A stretch of 64,000 bases of DNA from an uncultured Alphaproteobacteria bacterium. GTDB taxonomy: Bacteria; Pseudomonadota; Alphaproteobacteria; RF32; CAG-239. The translations under genes were made by a program, and so were the position numbers. A model generated the notes under the pieces. That model was not told where the DNA came from and searched no databases. It saw nothing but the letters and a program-made list of their open reading frames with translations. How positions within the stretch are numbered: position 1 is the stretch's first letter; the number at the start of each line of letters is the position of its first letter. The DNA lies in assembly GCA_944392225.1 (NCBI GenBank), contig CALXWB010000001.1, positions 855 through 64,854 on the forward strand, read 5' to 3'. Shown one piece after another: positions 10,322-19,426 of the stretch.

Positions 10322-10807
10322 ATGGCTCGCGTTACTGTTGAAGATTGTATTGATAAAGTTCCGAATCGTTATGAGTTGCTGATGGTGGCGGCTCAAAGAG
10401 CAAAAGATATTGCCTCCGGCGCCCCGATTACCGTTGCCAGAGATAATGACAAAAATACGGTTGTGGCTTTGCGTGAAATTGCTGAAGGAACCGTTAGTAT
10501 TGAAGAATTGCAAAAATCTTTGGTTATGGGCTTGCAAAAATATGTGGAAGTGGAAGAGCCCGAAGAAGAAGAGATGGAAATTATGGCTGCCGAAAAAGAA
10601 TTGTCCGATTTGGACGACCAGTTCTCCGGCTTGCTCTTGGATTCCGATGTTAATGAAAATATGCAGGTTCACGGTGAAGATGATGATATCGACCTTGATG
10701 CCGAGGTCGAGGCTACGGATACCGATGATTTGGACTTGGATGATGAGCCCGGATACGGCGATGGTGCCGATTTTGGCGGCGACTCCGATGACTATGATGA
10801 AGAATAA
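10322..10807 (+). CDS. rpoZ: RNA polymerase omega subunit with long acidic C-terminal tail
   Basis: Start placed at the ATG at 10322, giving [30 protein letters not shown], the canonical omega N-terminus. The C-terminal ~75 aa are D/E-rich. Confidence 0.9.
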   Translation: MARVTVEDCIDKVPNRYELLMVAAQRAKDIASGAPITVARDNDKNTVVALREIAEGTVSIEELQKSLVMGLQKYVEVEEPEEEEMEIMAAEKELSDLDDQFSGLLLDSDVNENMQVHGEDDDIDLDAEVEATDTDDLDLDDEPGYGDGADFGGDSDDYDEE

Positions 10808-10821
10808 TCTTTCGTAATTTG

Positions 10822-10852
10822 AAAAAAAAAGGAGCTTTGAGCTCCTTTTTTT
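10822..10852 (+). terminator. rho-independent terminator after rpoZ
   Basis: aaaaaaaaa-ggagct-ttg-agctcc-ttttttt. Confidence 0.65.
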
Positions 10853-10965
10853 GTGTCTCGGCCTTGGGTTTTTTAATAAAATTTTATTTTTTTTCTGTTG
10901 TAGTATTTTAATATTTTTTGTAATATTTTTTTAATTGGTGTTTTTTTTGAGTGGGCTGAGGTGCT

Positions 10966-13110
10966 ATGTTAAGACAGTATGAGTTGGTGGATTTGGTGAA
11001 ATCTTATGACCCTGATGCAGATGAAGATGCGTTGAACAGGGCTTATGTCTTTGCCATGAAAAAACATGGCGCACAGCTGCGTGCTTCAGGCGACCCGTAT
11101 TATTCTCACCCGGTGGAAGTGGCCGGTATTTTGACCAAGTTTAAGCTCGATTGCGCCTCAATTATTGCCGGATTGTTGCATGATACGGTGGAAGATACGG
11201 ATACCACCGTGGAAGAAATTAAAAATTTGTTTGGCGAGCAGGTGGCTCAGATTGTTGACGGCGTGACAAAACTTGCCATGATTGAACAAAAATCTGCCGA
11301 CAAAAAACAAGCTGAAAATTTTAGAAAACTCCTCTTGGCCATGTCTGAAGATATTCGCGTTTTGCTCATCAAACTGGCTGATAGATTGCACAATATGCGC
11401 ACGTTGCATTTTTGTGCGCCGGAAAAAAGAGCACGCATTGCCAAAGAAACTCTGGATATTTATGCCCCTCTGGCAGAGCGTATCGGTATGCAAGAGGTTA
11501 AAAGCGAATTAGAGGAAATTGCTTTTGCCGAGCTACACAAAGAAGCTCATGACTCCATTGTTGCGCGTTTGAACTTTTTGCGCGAGCAGGGAAATAACCT
11601 GGTGCCGAAAATTATTGCCCAATTGCAAAAAGATATGGAGGAAAACGGCATTAAGGCCACCATTACCGGCAGAGAAAAAACGCCTTATTCCATTTGGCGC
11701 AAAATGCAGCAAAAAAATGCTTCCTTTGAGCAACTTTGCGATATTATGGCTTTTAGAATTTGCGTGGATGATGTGGCAACATGCTATCAGGCTTTGGGTG
11801 TGGTACACAGCAAATATCATATGGTGCCGCGCCGATTTAAAGATTATATCTCAACACCAAAACCCAATGGTTATAAATCTATTCACACCGGGGTTATCGG
11901 GCCGGAAAATACACGCATCGAAATTCAGATCCGCACTTATGAAATGCATGAAGTGGCCGAAAAAGGCGTGGCCGCACACTGGGCTTATAAACAAGGCGAA
12001 CGCGTGGTCGGCAAAAACTTTAAATGGATCAGAGAACTATTGGAAATTTTGGAACAGGCTTCCAATCCTGAGGAGTTTTTGGAAAATACCAAGCTCGAAA
12101 TGTATAACGACCAGGTCTTTTGTTTTACGCCCAAAGGTGATTTAATCGGTTTGCCGATTAATTCTACACCTGTGGATTTTGCTTATGCCGTGCACTCTTC
12201 CGTCGGTGATACCTGTGTGGGTGCAAAAATTAATGGTGAAATCAGGCCGCTTAGAACAATTTTGCAAAATGGTGACCAAGTTGAAATTTTAACTTCCAAA
12301 GCACAGCATCCGTCAACCGAGTGGGAGCGCTTTGTGGTGACGGGAAAAGCCAAAGCCGCCATCAGACGGTATGTGCGCACGCATAAACGCGAACAATTTA
12401 TTGCCATGGGGCAGCAAACTCTGGAACGTATGTTCAAAGGTGAGGGGTTGGAGTTTTCCGAAAAAGCATTGGTTAATGTGTTCCCCAATTTTGAAGCAAC
12501 TTCCATTGATGATATTTATGCCAAAGTCGGTGAAGGCTTGGTCAGCGGTTGGGATGTCTTGCGCGCCGTTTATCCGGCTTATAAACAATCTAAACTTGAA
12601 AAGGTGGTTAATTCTCTTAAACCCGTGTTTAAGAAAAGTTTGCGCAAGCAAAAGAAAAATGATATGAAAATCAACGGCCTTATCCCCGGTATGGCCGTGC
12701 ATTTTTCAGGTTGTTGCCACCCGCTTCCCGGAGACAGAATTGTGGGTATTGTCACCACGGGTAAAGGCGTGGCCGTGCACACGATTGATTGTAAACAGCT
12801 GGAAAAATATGCCGATGAGCCGGAACGCTGGCTCGATATTTCTTGGGGTGATGATGCCACACAAGAAGGTGTTTATACCGGCCGCTTGAAGGTTATGCTG
12901 ACCAATGAACCCGGTTCTTTGGCAGAGTTTTCCAATTTGGTGGCCCGCTATAACGGCAATATCTCCAATTTGAACATTACCAATCGAACAATCAGTTACT
13001 TCGAGCTGCTTGTTGATGTGGAAGTTAAAGATTTAAAACATTTGACCGATATTATTACGGCTCTTAAATCTTCTAAGGTCGTATCTTATGTGGCCAGAGC
13101 TAATCAATAA
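10966..13110 (+). CDS. spoT: bifunctional (p)ppGpp synthetase/hydrolase (RelA/SpoT homologue)
   Basis: 714 aa. HD domain (YYSHPVEVAGIL, LLHDTVEDT), synthetase motif GREKTPYSIWRKM, and TGS and ACT regions. Sits downstream of rpoZ, as in many alphaproteobacteria. Confidence 0.95.
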   Translation: MLRQYELVDLVKSYDPDADEDALNRAYVFAMKKHGAQLRASGDPYYSHPVEVAGILTKFKLDCASIIAGLLHDTVEDTDTTVEEIKNLFGEQVAQIVDGVTKLAMIEQKSADKKQAENFRKLLLAMSEDIRVLLIKLADRLHNMRTLHFCAPEKRARIAKETLDIYAPLAERIGMQEVKSELEEIAFAELHKEAHDSIVARLNFLREQGNNLVPKIIAQLQKDMEENGIKATITGREKTPYSIWRKMQQKNASFEQLCDIMAFRICVDDVATCYQALGVVHSKYHMVPRRFKDYISTPKPNGYKSIHTGVIGPENTRIEIQIRTYEMHEVAEKGVAAHWAYKQGERVVGKNFKWIRELLEILEQASNPEEFLENTKLEMYNDQVFCFTPKGDLIGLPINSTPVDFAYAVHSSVGDTCVGAKINGEIRPLRTILQNGDQVEILTSKAQHPSTEWERFVVTGKAKAAIRRYVRTHKREQFIAMGQQTLERMFKGEGLEFSEKALVNVFPNFEATSIDDIYAKVGEGLVSGWDVLRAVYPAYKQSKLEKVVNSLKPVFKKSLRKQKKNDMKINGLIPGMAVHFSGCCHPLPGDRIVGIVTTGKGVAVHTIDCKQLEKYADEPERWLDISWGDDATQEGVYTGRLKVMLTNEPGSLAEFSNLVARYNGNISNLNITNRTISYFELLVDVEVKDLKHLTDIITALKSSKVVSYVARANQ

Positions 13111-13124
13111 ATTTTGTGAGGAAA

Positions 13125-13532
13125 ATGATGATCGTCGGAACAGGAAGTGATTTGGCCAGTATTTCTCGTATTGAAAATACATTGGCAAAATATGGTCCCC
13201 ACTTTATGAACAAGATTTTTACCAAAGCCGAAATGGCAGAAATGGATAAAAGAAAAAATGTTTCCAAACGCGAATTTGCCTGCATGGTGACCAAGCGTTT
13301 TGCCGCTAAAGAAGCTTGCTCTAAGGCTCTTGGAACAGGCTTTAGAGAAGGCGTGTTCTGGAAAAATATTGAGATTAGGCACTTGCCTTCCGGCAAACCG
13401 ACTTTGCGCTTGAGCGGCGGAGCCATGAGACATGCTCAAAATTTGTGCGAAGGCGGAAATATCAATTTGCACGTTTCCATGAGCGATGATTATCCTTGGG
13501 CACAGGCTTTTGTGGTTTTGGAAAAAATCTAA
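13125..13532 (+). CDS. acpS: holo-ACP synthase
   Basis: MMIVGTGSDLASISRIE and FAAKEACSKALG match AcpS. Start placed at the ATG at 13125, after GAGGA; the track ORF begins at the GTG at 13116. Confidence 0.9.
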   Translation: MMIVGTGSDLASISRIENTLAKYGPHFMNKIFTKAEMAEMDKRKNVSKREFACMVTKRFAAKEACSKALGTGFREGVFWKNIEIRHLPSGKPTLRLSGGAMRHAQNLCEGGNINLHVSMSDDYPWAQAFVVLEKI

Positions 13533-13546
13533 ATAAGGCAAAAAAG

Positions 13547-14191
13547 TTGAAGAAGAACAAAAAATTTCATCTGGCAAGAGTTATTATTGTCGGGGTGGTT
13601 CTTTCGCTCTTTTGCCGTTTATTTATATTTGAAAAATTTAAAATTTTTTCTGTTTCCATGCTGCCGACCATGCAATCCGGCGAGTTTGATTTTGTGACCA
13701 AATATAATTACGGCTATTCTCGCTATTCTTTTCCGTTTAGCGTGCCTATTCCCGAAGGAAAAAGGATTTTTGCCGCTTATCCGCAAAGAGGCGATATCGT
13801 TGTTTTCAAATCTACTTATCCCAGAGCCAAATGGCCCTTTGTTAAACGTATTATCGGTATTCCGGGAGATAAAATAGCCTTCAAAAACGGTCGCCTGATT
13901 CTTAACGGCAAAACGGTTCCGCGGACATATGTGGGCACTTATCAATATACCGATTATAAGGGGCGCTCTTGGATATATAAAATGTATGAGGAAGAGCTGC
14001 CTGAGAATAAAAAACATAAGATTATTGAACTTTCCGATGAAGCGTTTTTGGATAATGTTGAAGAAATTACCGTGCCTGAAGATTATTATTATTTTGTCGG
14101 CGATAATCGTGATCAATCCGAAGACAGCCGCGGCAGCTTGGGCTTAATTCCGTTTGGCAATCTTATCGGCAAACTGATCTTAACAAAATAA
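13547..14191 (+). CDS. lepB: signal peptidase I (paralogue 1)
   Basis: Contains VSMLPTM (Ser box), RGDIVVFK, VKRIIGIPGDKI (Lys box) and GDNRDQSEDSR. Start uncertain: I chose the TTG at 13547 after the acpS stop, whereas the track ORF starts at 13496 inside acpS. Confidence 0.8.
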   Translation: MKKNKKFHLARVIIVGVVLSLFCRLFIFEKFKIFSVSMLPTMQSGEFDFVTKYNYGYSRYSFPFSVPIPEGKRIFAAYPQRGDIVVFKSTYPRAKWPFVKRIIGIPGDKIAFKNGRLILNGKTVPRTYVGTYQYTDYKGRSWIYKMYEEELPENKKHKIIELSDEAFLDNVEEITVPEDYYYFVGDNRDQSEDSRGSLGLIPFGNLIGKLILTK

Positions 14192-14352
14192 TCTAAAGTT
14201 TTGTTAAATTGGAAAAATATGTATTGCTATCTAAAAATTTATGTATAGTATGTAAAAGCAATGCCTCGTTAGAAATTATTTTTGCTTGAGAAACTAATTT
14301 CTAAAGAGGTGTTGGGACTTGAAATCGTGGCTTTTTTTGTTTTGAGGTTGCT

Positions 14353-15081
14353 ATGGAAAAAGATGAAGGTCTGTTTGACACCGTTAAAACCGTTATTTTG
14401 GCTATTCTGATTGCAATTGTTATTCGAACTTTTTTGTTTGAACCATTCAGAATCCCATCCGGCTCTATGTATCCGACACTTTATGTCGGAGACTATTTGT
14501 TTGTCTCTAAATATACTTACGGCTATTCCAAACACTCTTTCCCGTTCAGCTTGCCGTTGTTTGACGGACGTATTTGGAAAGATGAACCGCAACGCGGTGA
14601 CGTGGTGGTCTTTAAATTTCCGCAAGATAATCGCACCGATTTTATCAAACGAATCATCGGTTTGCCCGGAGACAAGATAAAACTTGAAAACGGACGTGTT
14701 TATATCAACGGAAAAATGCTTGAACGCGAAAAAATTGATGATTTTGTTTTGCGCGATCATCAGGGTAATGCCGAAAGGTTTAACCAGTATATTGAAACTT
14801 TGCCTGAGGGTAAAAAACACAAAATTCTTGAAATTTCAGATTTTGAACCGGCTGATGATATGCCGGAAATTACCATTCCCAAAGGAAACTATTTTATGAT
14901 GGGCGACAATCGCGATCGCTCCGATGACAGCCGAATCAGCGTCGGTTTTGTGCCGGAAGAAAACTTGGTCGGTAAGGCGCGCTTCCTCTTCTTTTCTTAT
15001 AATGACGAAGGAGCTTGGTATTTGCCTTGGACCTGGCCCAAGAAAATCCGTTGGGAAAGATTGTTTGATTCCATTGATTAA
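14353..15081 (+). CDS. lepB: signal peptidase I (paralogue 2)
   Basis: Contains IPSGSMYPTL, RGDVVVFKFP, IKRIIGLPGDKI and GDNRDRSDDSR, the canonical S26 signal peptidase boxes. Confidence 0.9.
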   Translation: MEKDEGLFDTVKTVILAILIAIVIRTFLFEPFRIPSGSMYPTLYVGDYLFVSKYTYGYSKHSFPFSLPLFDGRIWKDEPQRGDVVVFKFPQDNRTDFIKRIIGLPGDKIKLENGRVYINGKMLEREKIDDFVLRDHQGNAERFNQYIETLPEGKKHKILEISDFEPADDMPEITIPKGNYFMMGDNRDRSDDSRISVGFVPEENLVGKARFLFFSYNDEGAWYLPWTWPKKIRWERLFDSID

Positions 15082-15092
15082 AGGAGCCTGAA

Positions 15093-15749
15093 ATGACCGA
15101 TGCTTTAGAAAAAATTTTGGGCTATTCTTATAAAAATAAGCAACTCTTAAAACAGGCTCTGACGCATAGCAGCGTTTCTTCTGACGTGGATAAAAATTAT
15201 GAGCGATTGGAGTTTTTGGGTGACCGCGTGTTAGGACTTACCATTGCGGCTTTGCTCTACAAAATTTTTCCGCACGAGCCCGAGGGTAGTCTTTCGCAAA
15301 GACACACTGCTCTGGTTTGCAAAGAAACCGTGGCCATGATTGCTCAGCGTTTGCAGCTCGATAAATTTATGATTGTGGCTAATGAAGAAATCAGAGACAA
15401 TGAAAATGTGCTCTGCGATGTGTGTGAGGCCGTTATCGGCTCAATTTATGAAGATGCCGATTGCGACAAAGCCATTGAGTTTGTGCAAGAGCACTGGAAA
15501 GAGCTGATTGATAAAAACGTGGCTCCGCCCAAAGATGCCAAAACCTTGTTGCAAGAAGTGGCTCATGCCAAAGGATACGGCGCGCCGGTTTATCAGCTGG
15601 AAAGCCGCGAGGGAAGCGAGCACGAGCCGATGTTCCATATTTCCGTCAGCTTGAAAGGTTTGGCGCCGGAAGTCGGAAGTGGCAAAAATAAAAAATTGGC
15701 TGAACAAGAAGCGGCTTCCAAAATGCTGAAAAAATTGGAAAAAGTATGA
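15093..15749 (+). CDS. rnc: ribonuclease III
   Basis: ERLEFLGDRVLGL signature and a C-terminal dsRBD (GSGKNKKLAEQEAASKML). Confidence 0.95.
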   Translation: MTDALEKILGYSYKNKQLLKQALTHSSVSSDVDKNYERLEFLGDRVLGLTIAALLYKIFPHEPEGSLSQRHTALVCKETVAMIAQRLQLDKFMIVANEEIRDNENVLCDVCEAVIGSIYEDADCDKAIEFVQEHWKELIDKNVAPPKDAKTLLQEVAHAKGYGAPVYQLESREGSEHEPMFHISVSLKGLAPEVGSGKNKKLAEQEAASKMLKKLEKV

Positions 15750-16663
15750 GCGAAGAAAATTTTGAAAACTTGCCTAAAAGATGCGGATTTGTGGCTTTAA
15801 TCGGTGCTCCGAATGCCGGAAAGTCGACCGTGACCAACAATTTTGTCGGCTCAAAAGTCTCGATTGTTTCGCCCAAGGTGCAAACCACACGCACGCAGGT
15901 TAAGGGAATCGGAATTTATCAAAATACGCAAATCATCTTTATTGATACGCCCGGAATTTTTAAGCCGAAAAGACGCTTGGACAGAGCCATGGTTGCTTCT
16001 TCTTGGAGCGGGGTGGGCGATGCCGATATCGTGGTTTTGGTGGTGGATGCCAAACGCGGTTTTGATGATGAAACAAGAGCCATTATCAGCAAGCTCAACA
16101 AAAACAAAATCAAAGCCGTTCTACTCATCAATAAAATTGACCTTATCCAAAAAGAAAAATTGCTTGCTTTGTCGGCCGAGCTTAATGCGGCTGGAAATTT
16201 TAGCGAAACGTTTATGGTTTCGGCTTTGACCGGCGAACAAATTGACGATTTTTATAAATATTTGGCAGATAATCTGCCCGAAAGTCCGTGGTATTATGAC
16301 GAGGACCAAATCTCCGATATGCCGTTGAAACTTTTGTCGGCCGAGATTGTGCGTGAAAAATTGTTTCTATATCTGCGTCACGAGTTGCCTTATGCTTTGA
16401 CGGTGGAGCCGGAATTGTGGGAGCGGCGTGACGACGGTTCGGTGCGGGCGGAAATCACCATCTATGTGGAAAGAGATTCACAAAAAGTTATCGTGCTTGG
16501 TAAAGGCGGCGCGATGATTAAAAAAATCGGCCAATCGGCACGCAAAGAAATTGAAGAACTGCTGGAAGAGCGTGTGCATTTGTTCTTGTTTGTTAAAGTG
16601 CGTGAAAATTGGATTGATGACCCTGAGCGATATAAAGATTGGGGTTTGAATTTCAACGCTTGA
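15746..16663 (+). CDS. era: GTPase Era
   Basis: GFVALIGAPNAGKSTV (G1), DTPGI (G3), NKID (G4) and a C-terminal KH domain. Overlaps the rnc stop by 4 nt. Confidence 0.95.
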   Translation: MSEENFENLPKRCGFVALIGAPNAGKSTVTNNFVGSKVSIVSPKVQTTRTQVKGIGIYQNTQIIFIDTPGIFKPKRRLDRAMVASSWSGVGDADIVVLVVDAKRGFDDETRAIISKLNKNKIKAVLLINKIDLIQKEKLLALSAELNAAGNFSETFMVSALTGEQIDDFYKYLADNLPESPWYYDEDQISDMPLKLLSAEIVREKLFLYLRHELPYALTVEPELWERRDDGSVRAEITIYVERDSQKVIVLGKGGAMIKKIGQSARKEIEELLEERVHLFLFVKVRENWIDDPERYKDWGLNFNA

Positions 16664-16669
16664 TATTTT

Positions 16670-17914
16670 CTATTTCACAATGGCCAAATCGTCCCAAGAG
16701 GTGGTGAAGTTGCGCGATTTGAACTCGCGTTTGATATAATGTTGCACGCCGTTTTTCTGGATGCCGAAATAGATGCTTTTTTTGCCGAGCTTGGCGTTGA
16801 TATCATCAAAAGCTTTCATCAGCTTCTTTTCTTTTTCATTTTCTTGCACGGGCGCAAAAAAGTCGGTTTGCGGCTCGTTTTCTCCTTTGATGTCGGTCAA
16901 AGTAACGCCGGCACGTTTATAAGCAATGCCTTCTAGAAAAATTTGTTTCAACCCTTCTTTCATGGCTTGTAAAAACTTGGCGGTGTTGTTGCTGGGGAAG
17001 GGCAAGCTGACCAGTACCGAATTTTGATATTGTTTGGCTTGCGGATTGAAACGATTGGAGCTGATATAAGTAATGATGCCGCCGGCTAAAGATTTTTGTT
17101 TTCTCAAGCGCAAGCAAGCACTATCGACAAACTCGGAAATGATTTGCTCCAAGGCATTAAAATCGGTGATTTCTTTTTCAAAACTGCGAGAAGAAATGAT
17201 GCTCTTTTGTTGCGGTGTGTTTTCCATTTCCAAACAGGGAAAACCGTTTAATTCCATTACGGTTTTTTCAACATTAATCCCAAAGGTTTTGCGAATCAAA
17301 TCTTTGGGAGCAAGGCGCAATTCTTCTCCGGTGAAAATGCCCATAAAGCGAAGTCTTTGCGCAATATGCCTCCCAACGCCCCAGATATTTTCCACTTCTG
17401 TTTTTTGCAGCAAATCGGAAATATCTTTCTCATTTTGCAGATAAAAAACTTTATCTCTGGTTTTGGCATATTCTCCGGCCAGTTTGCACAAGGTTTTGCT
17501 TTTGGCGATGCCGATGGAAACGGAAACGCCGATTTGCTTTAAGATTTTTTCTCTGAACTTGATGGACAATTGCTCATAATTATTATTTTCGGGCAACTTT
17601 ACAAAGGCTTCATCGATGGAATAAATCTCCAGATTTTGAAACTCTTCTCGAATCAGGCTCATAATGCGTTGCGAGATATCGGCATAGAGTTCATAGTTTG
17701 AAGACAGGGCAATGCCGCCGGCTGCGCGAAACATTTTTTCAATCTTGAAAAAGGGGCAGGCCATGGGAATCCCCAAAGCCTTGGCCTCGTAAGAACGCGC
17801 CACGACGCAGCCGTCATTGTTGGACAAGACCACCACCGGGCGATTTTTCAAGTTGGGCTGAAAAATGCGCTCGCAGGAAACAAAAAAATTGTCACAATCA
17901 ATGAGGGCAAACAT
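16670..17914 (-). CDS. umuC: Y-family translesion DNA polymerase, UmuC-like
   Basis: MFALIDCDNFFVSCERIFQPNLKNRPVVVLSNNDGCVVARSYEAKALGI is the UmuC/ImpB-type N-terminus. Lies directly downstream of a UmuD-like gene (3-nt gap). Confidence 0.85.
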   Translation of the reverse strand: MFALIDCDNFFVSCERIFQPNLKNRPVVVLSNNDGCVVARSYEAKALGIPMACPFFKIEKMFRAAGGIALSSNYELYADISQRIMSLIREEFQNLEIYSIDEAFVKLPENNNYEQLSIKFREKILKQIGVSVSIGIAKSKTLCKLAGEYAKTRDKVFYLQNEKDISDLLQKTEVENIWGVGRHIAQRLRFMGIFTGEELRLAPKDLIRKTFGINVEKTVMELNGFPCLEMENTPQQKSIISSRSFEKEITDFNALEQIISEFVDSACLRLRKQKSLAGGIITYISSNRFNPQAKQYQNSVLVSLPFPSNNTAKFLQAMKEGLKQIFLEGIAYKRAGVTLTDIKGENEPQTDFFAPVQENEKEKKLMKAFDDINAKLGKKSIYFGIQKNGVQHYIKREFKSRNFTTSWDDLAIVK

Positions 17915-17917
17915 GGC

Positions 17918-18268
17918 TTAAAGTTTTCTGAAAACGGCGGAAACACATCCCCAGATGACGAGTTCTTCACTGCTCTTGAGAAAATGGGGAGCATATTTTT
18001 CATTTTCCGGCATCAAGCAGATTTGGTCGTTTTGTTGCTTGAATCTTCTCACCACCAATTCGCCGTTTTCTTCCACGACGATGATTTGGTTGTGGCTGAT
18101 TTCTCTTGCTCGGTCTACCACCAAAAAATCGCCATCAATAATGCCGGCATTTTTCATGGCATCGCCACTGACTTTCAAAAAATATGTCGAGGCTTTGTGC
18201 GGAACCAAAAACTGATTCAAATCCAAGTTGTTTTGCACATAATCGCTGGCGGGAGAACCAAAACTCAT
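17918..18268 (-). CDS. UmuD'-like S24-fold protein lacking the catalytic Ser/Lys
   Basis: 116 aa. SFGSPASDYVQNNLDLNQFLVPHKASTYFLKVSGDAM aligns with E. coli UmuD [37 protein letters not shown]. AAGGA lies 9 nt upstream of the ATG. See the finding on this gene pair. Confidence 0.8.
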   Translation of the reverse strand: MSFGSPASDYVQNNLDLNQFLVPHKASTYFLKVSGDAMKNAGIIDGDFLVVDRAREISHNQIIVVEENGELVVRRFKQQNDQICLMPENEKYAPHFLKSSEELVIWGCVSAVFRKL

Positions 18269-18287
18269 TGCTTTTATCCTTTCAAAT

Positions 18288-18302
18288 GTTCTATATTTGT
18301 TC
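18288..18302 (-). promoter_or_regulatory. putative LexA (SOS) box, GTTC-N7-GTTC
   Basis: gttc-tatattt-gttc is a perfect alphaproteobacterial-type direct-repeat SOS motif. It lies 20-34 nt upstream of the UmuD-like start codon. Confidence 0.55.
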
Positions 18303-18403
18303 TTATGTTAAAAGCTAATTTTAAAATTGCAAGCATTTTTTATTATCTTTTTTATGATTTTGTTTTATAGTCTTTACAAACGTGATTTTATAAGGAGAAA
18401 AAA

Positions 18404-19387
18404 ATGAAAAAAATTGTTCCTGCCAAATTACAAAAAGGCGATGAAGTGCGCATTGTGGCGCCGGCCAGAAGTTTCAAAATCATCGGTCAAGACAGCCGCG
18501 AATGTGCCGCCAAGCGCTTTGCCGATATGGGCCTGAAAGTGACTTTCGGTAAATATATGGCCTCGGAAGAGATGGATTTGATGGGTTCTTCCAGCGTTGA
18601 ACATCGTGTTTTCGACATGATGGAAGCCTTTAAAGACAAAAACGTGAAAGCCATTTTCACCATCATCGGCGGAGCAAACTCAAACCAGATTTTGCCTTAT
18701 TTGGACTATGACGTGATTAAAAATAATCCGAAAATTTTTTGCGGCTTTTCCGATATTACGGCTTTGCTCAATGCCATTTATGCCAAAACCGGCATGATTA
18801 CTTTTCACGGGCCGCATTACAGCTCTATCGGCTGTATCAAGGGGAGTGAATATACACTTGAAAACCTGCAAAATATGTTGATGGGGGCGCAGAAAGGCGA
18901 GCTCTTGCCCTCTAAAGAATGGAGCGATGATCCGTGGTTTATCGACCAAAACGACCGTCATTTCATCAAAAACGAAGGCTGGTGGGTTATCAATCCCGGT
19001 CAAGCCAGAGGCACGATTATCGGCGGTAATATCGGCACGTTTGATTTGCTTTTGGGCACATCTTTCCGTCCGAAATTTGAAAAAGATACCATCCTCTTTA
19101 TTGAAGATTGTTTCACCTCGGCCGGAGATGCCGGTGCTTTTGACCGCCACCTGCAAGCTCTGATGTATCAAGACGACTTTAAAAACGTTGCCGGAATCGT
19201 GGTCGGTCGTTTTCAAAAAGCTTCCGAAGTCAGCAGAGAAAAACTTGAGTTTATTTTGAATAAACCCGAGCTCAAACACCTGCCTATTATTGCCAATGTG
19301 GACTTTGGACACACCACGCCGCTCACCACATTCCCCATTGGCGGAACGGCTACAATTGACGGAGATAAAATCTTTATTGAACTTTAA
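18404..19387 (+). CDS. LD-carboxypeptidase (peptidase S66, LdcA/MccF-like)
   Basis: LQKGDEVRIVAPA, nucleophile motif FCGFSDITAL and C-terminal NVDFGHTTP match the S66 family. Confidence 0.8.
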   Translation: MKKIVPAKLQKGDEVRIVAPARSFKIIGQDSRECAAKRFADMGLKVTFGKYMASEEMDLMGSSSVEHRVFDMMEAFKDKNVKAIFTIIGGANSNQILPYLDYDVIKNNPKIFCGFSDITALLNAIYAKTGMITFHGPHYSSIGCIKGSEYTLENLQNMLMGAQKGELLPSKEWSDDPWFIDQNDRHFIKNEGWWVINPGQARGTIIGGNIGTFDLLLGTSFRPKFEKDTILFIEDCFTSAGDAGAFDRHLQALMYQDDFKNVAGIVVGRFQKASEVSREKLEFILNKPELKHLPIIANVDFGHTTPLTTFPIGGTATIDGDKIFIEL

Positions 19388-19394
19388 TTTTGAC

Positions 19395-19424
19395 AGAGCC
19401 CCTTTTCAGGGGCTCTTCTTTTAT
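19395..19424. terminator. hairpin terminator between convergent genes
   Basis: agagcccc-ttttca-ggggctct followed by tcttttat. Confidence 0.5.
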
Positions 19425-19426
19425 CC

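Noticed and set aside
13496-13546. The track start of the first lepB at 13496, inside acpS.
   Set aside because: It would add a Gly/Phe/Cys-rich 17-residue leader overlapping acpS by 37 nt. The TTG at 13547, just after the acpS stop, gives a normal K-rich N-region followed by a TM helix. The start remains uncertain.
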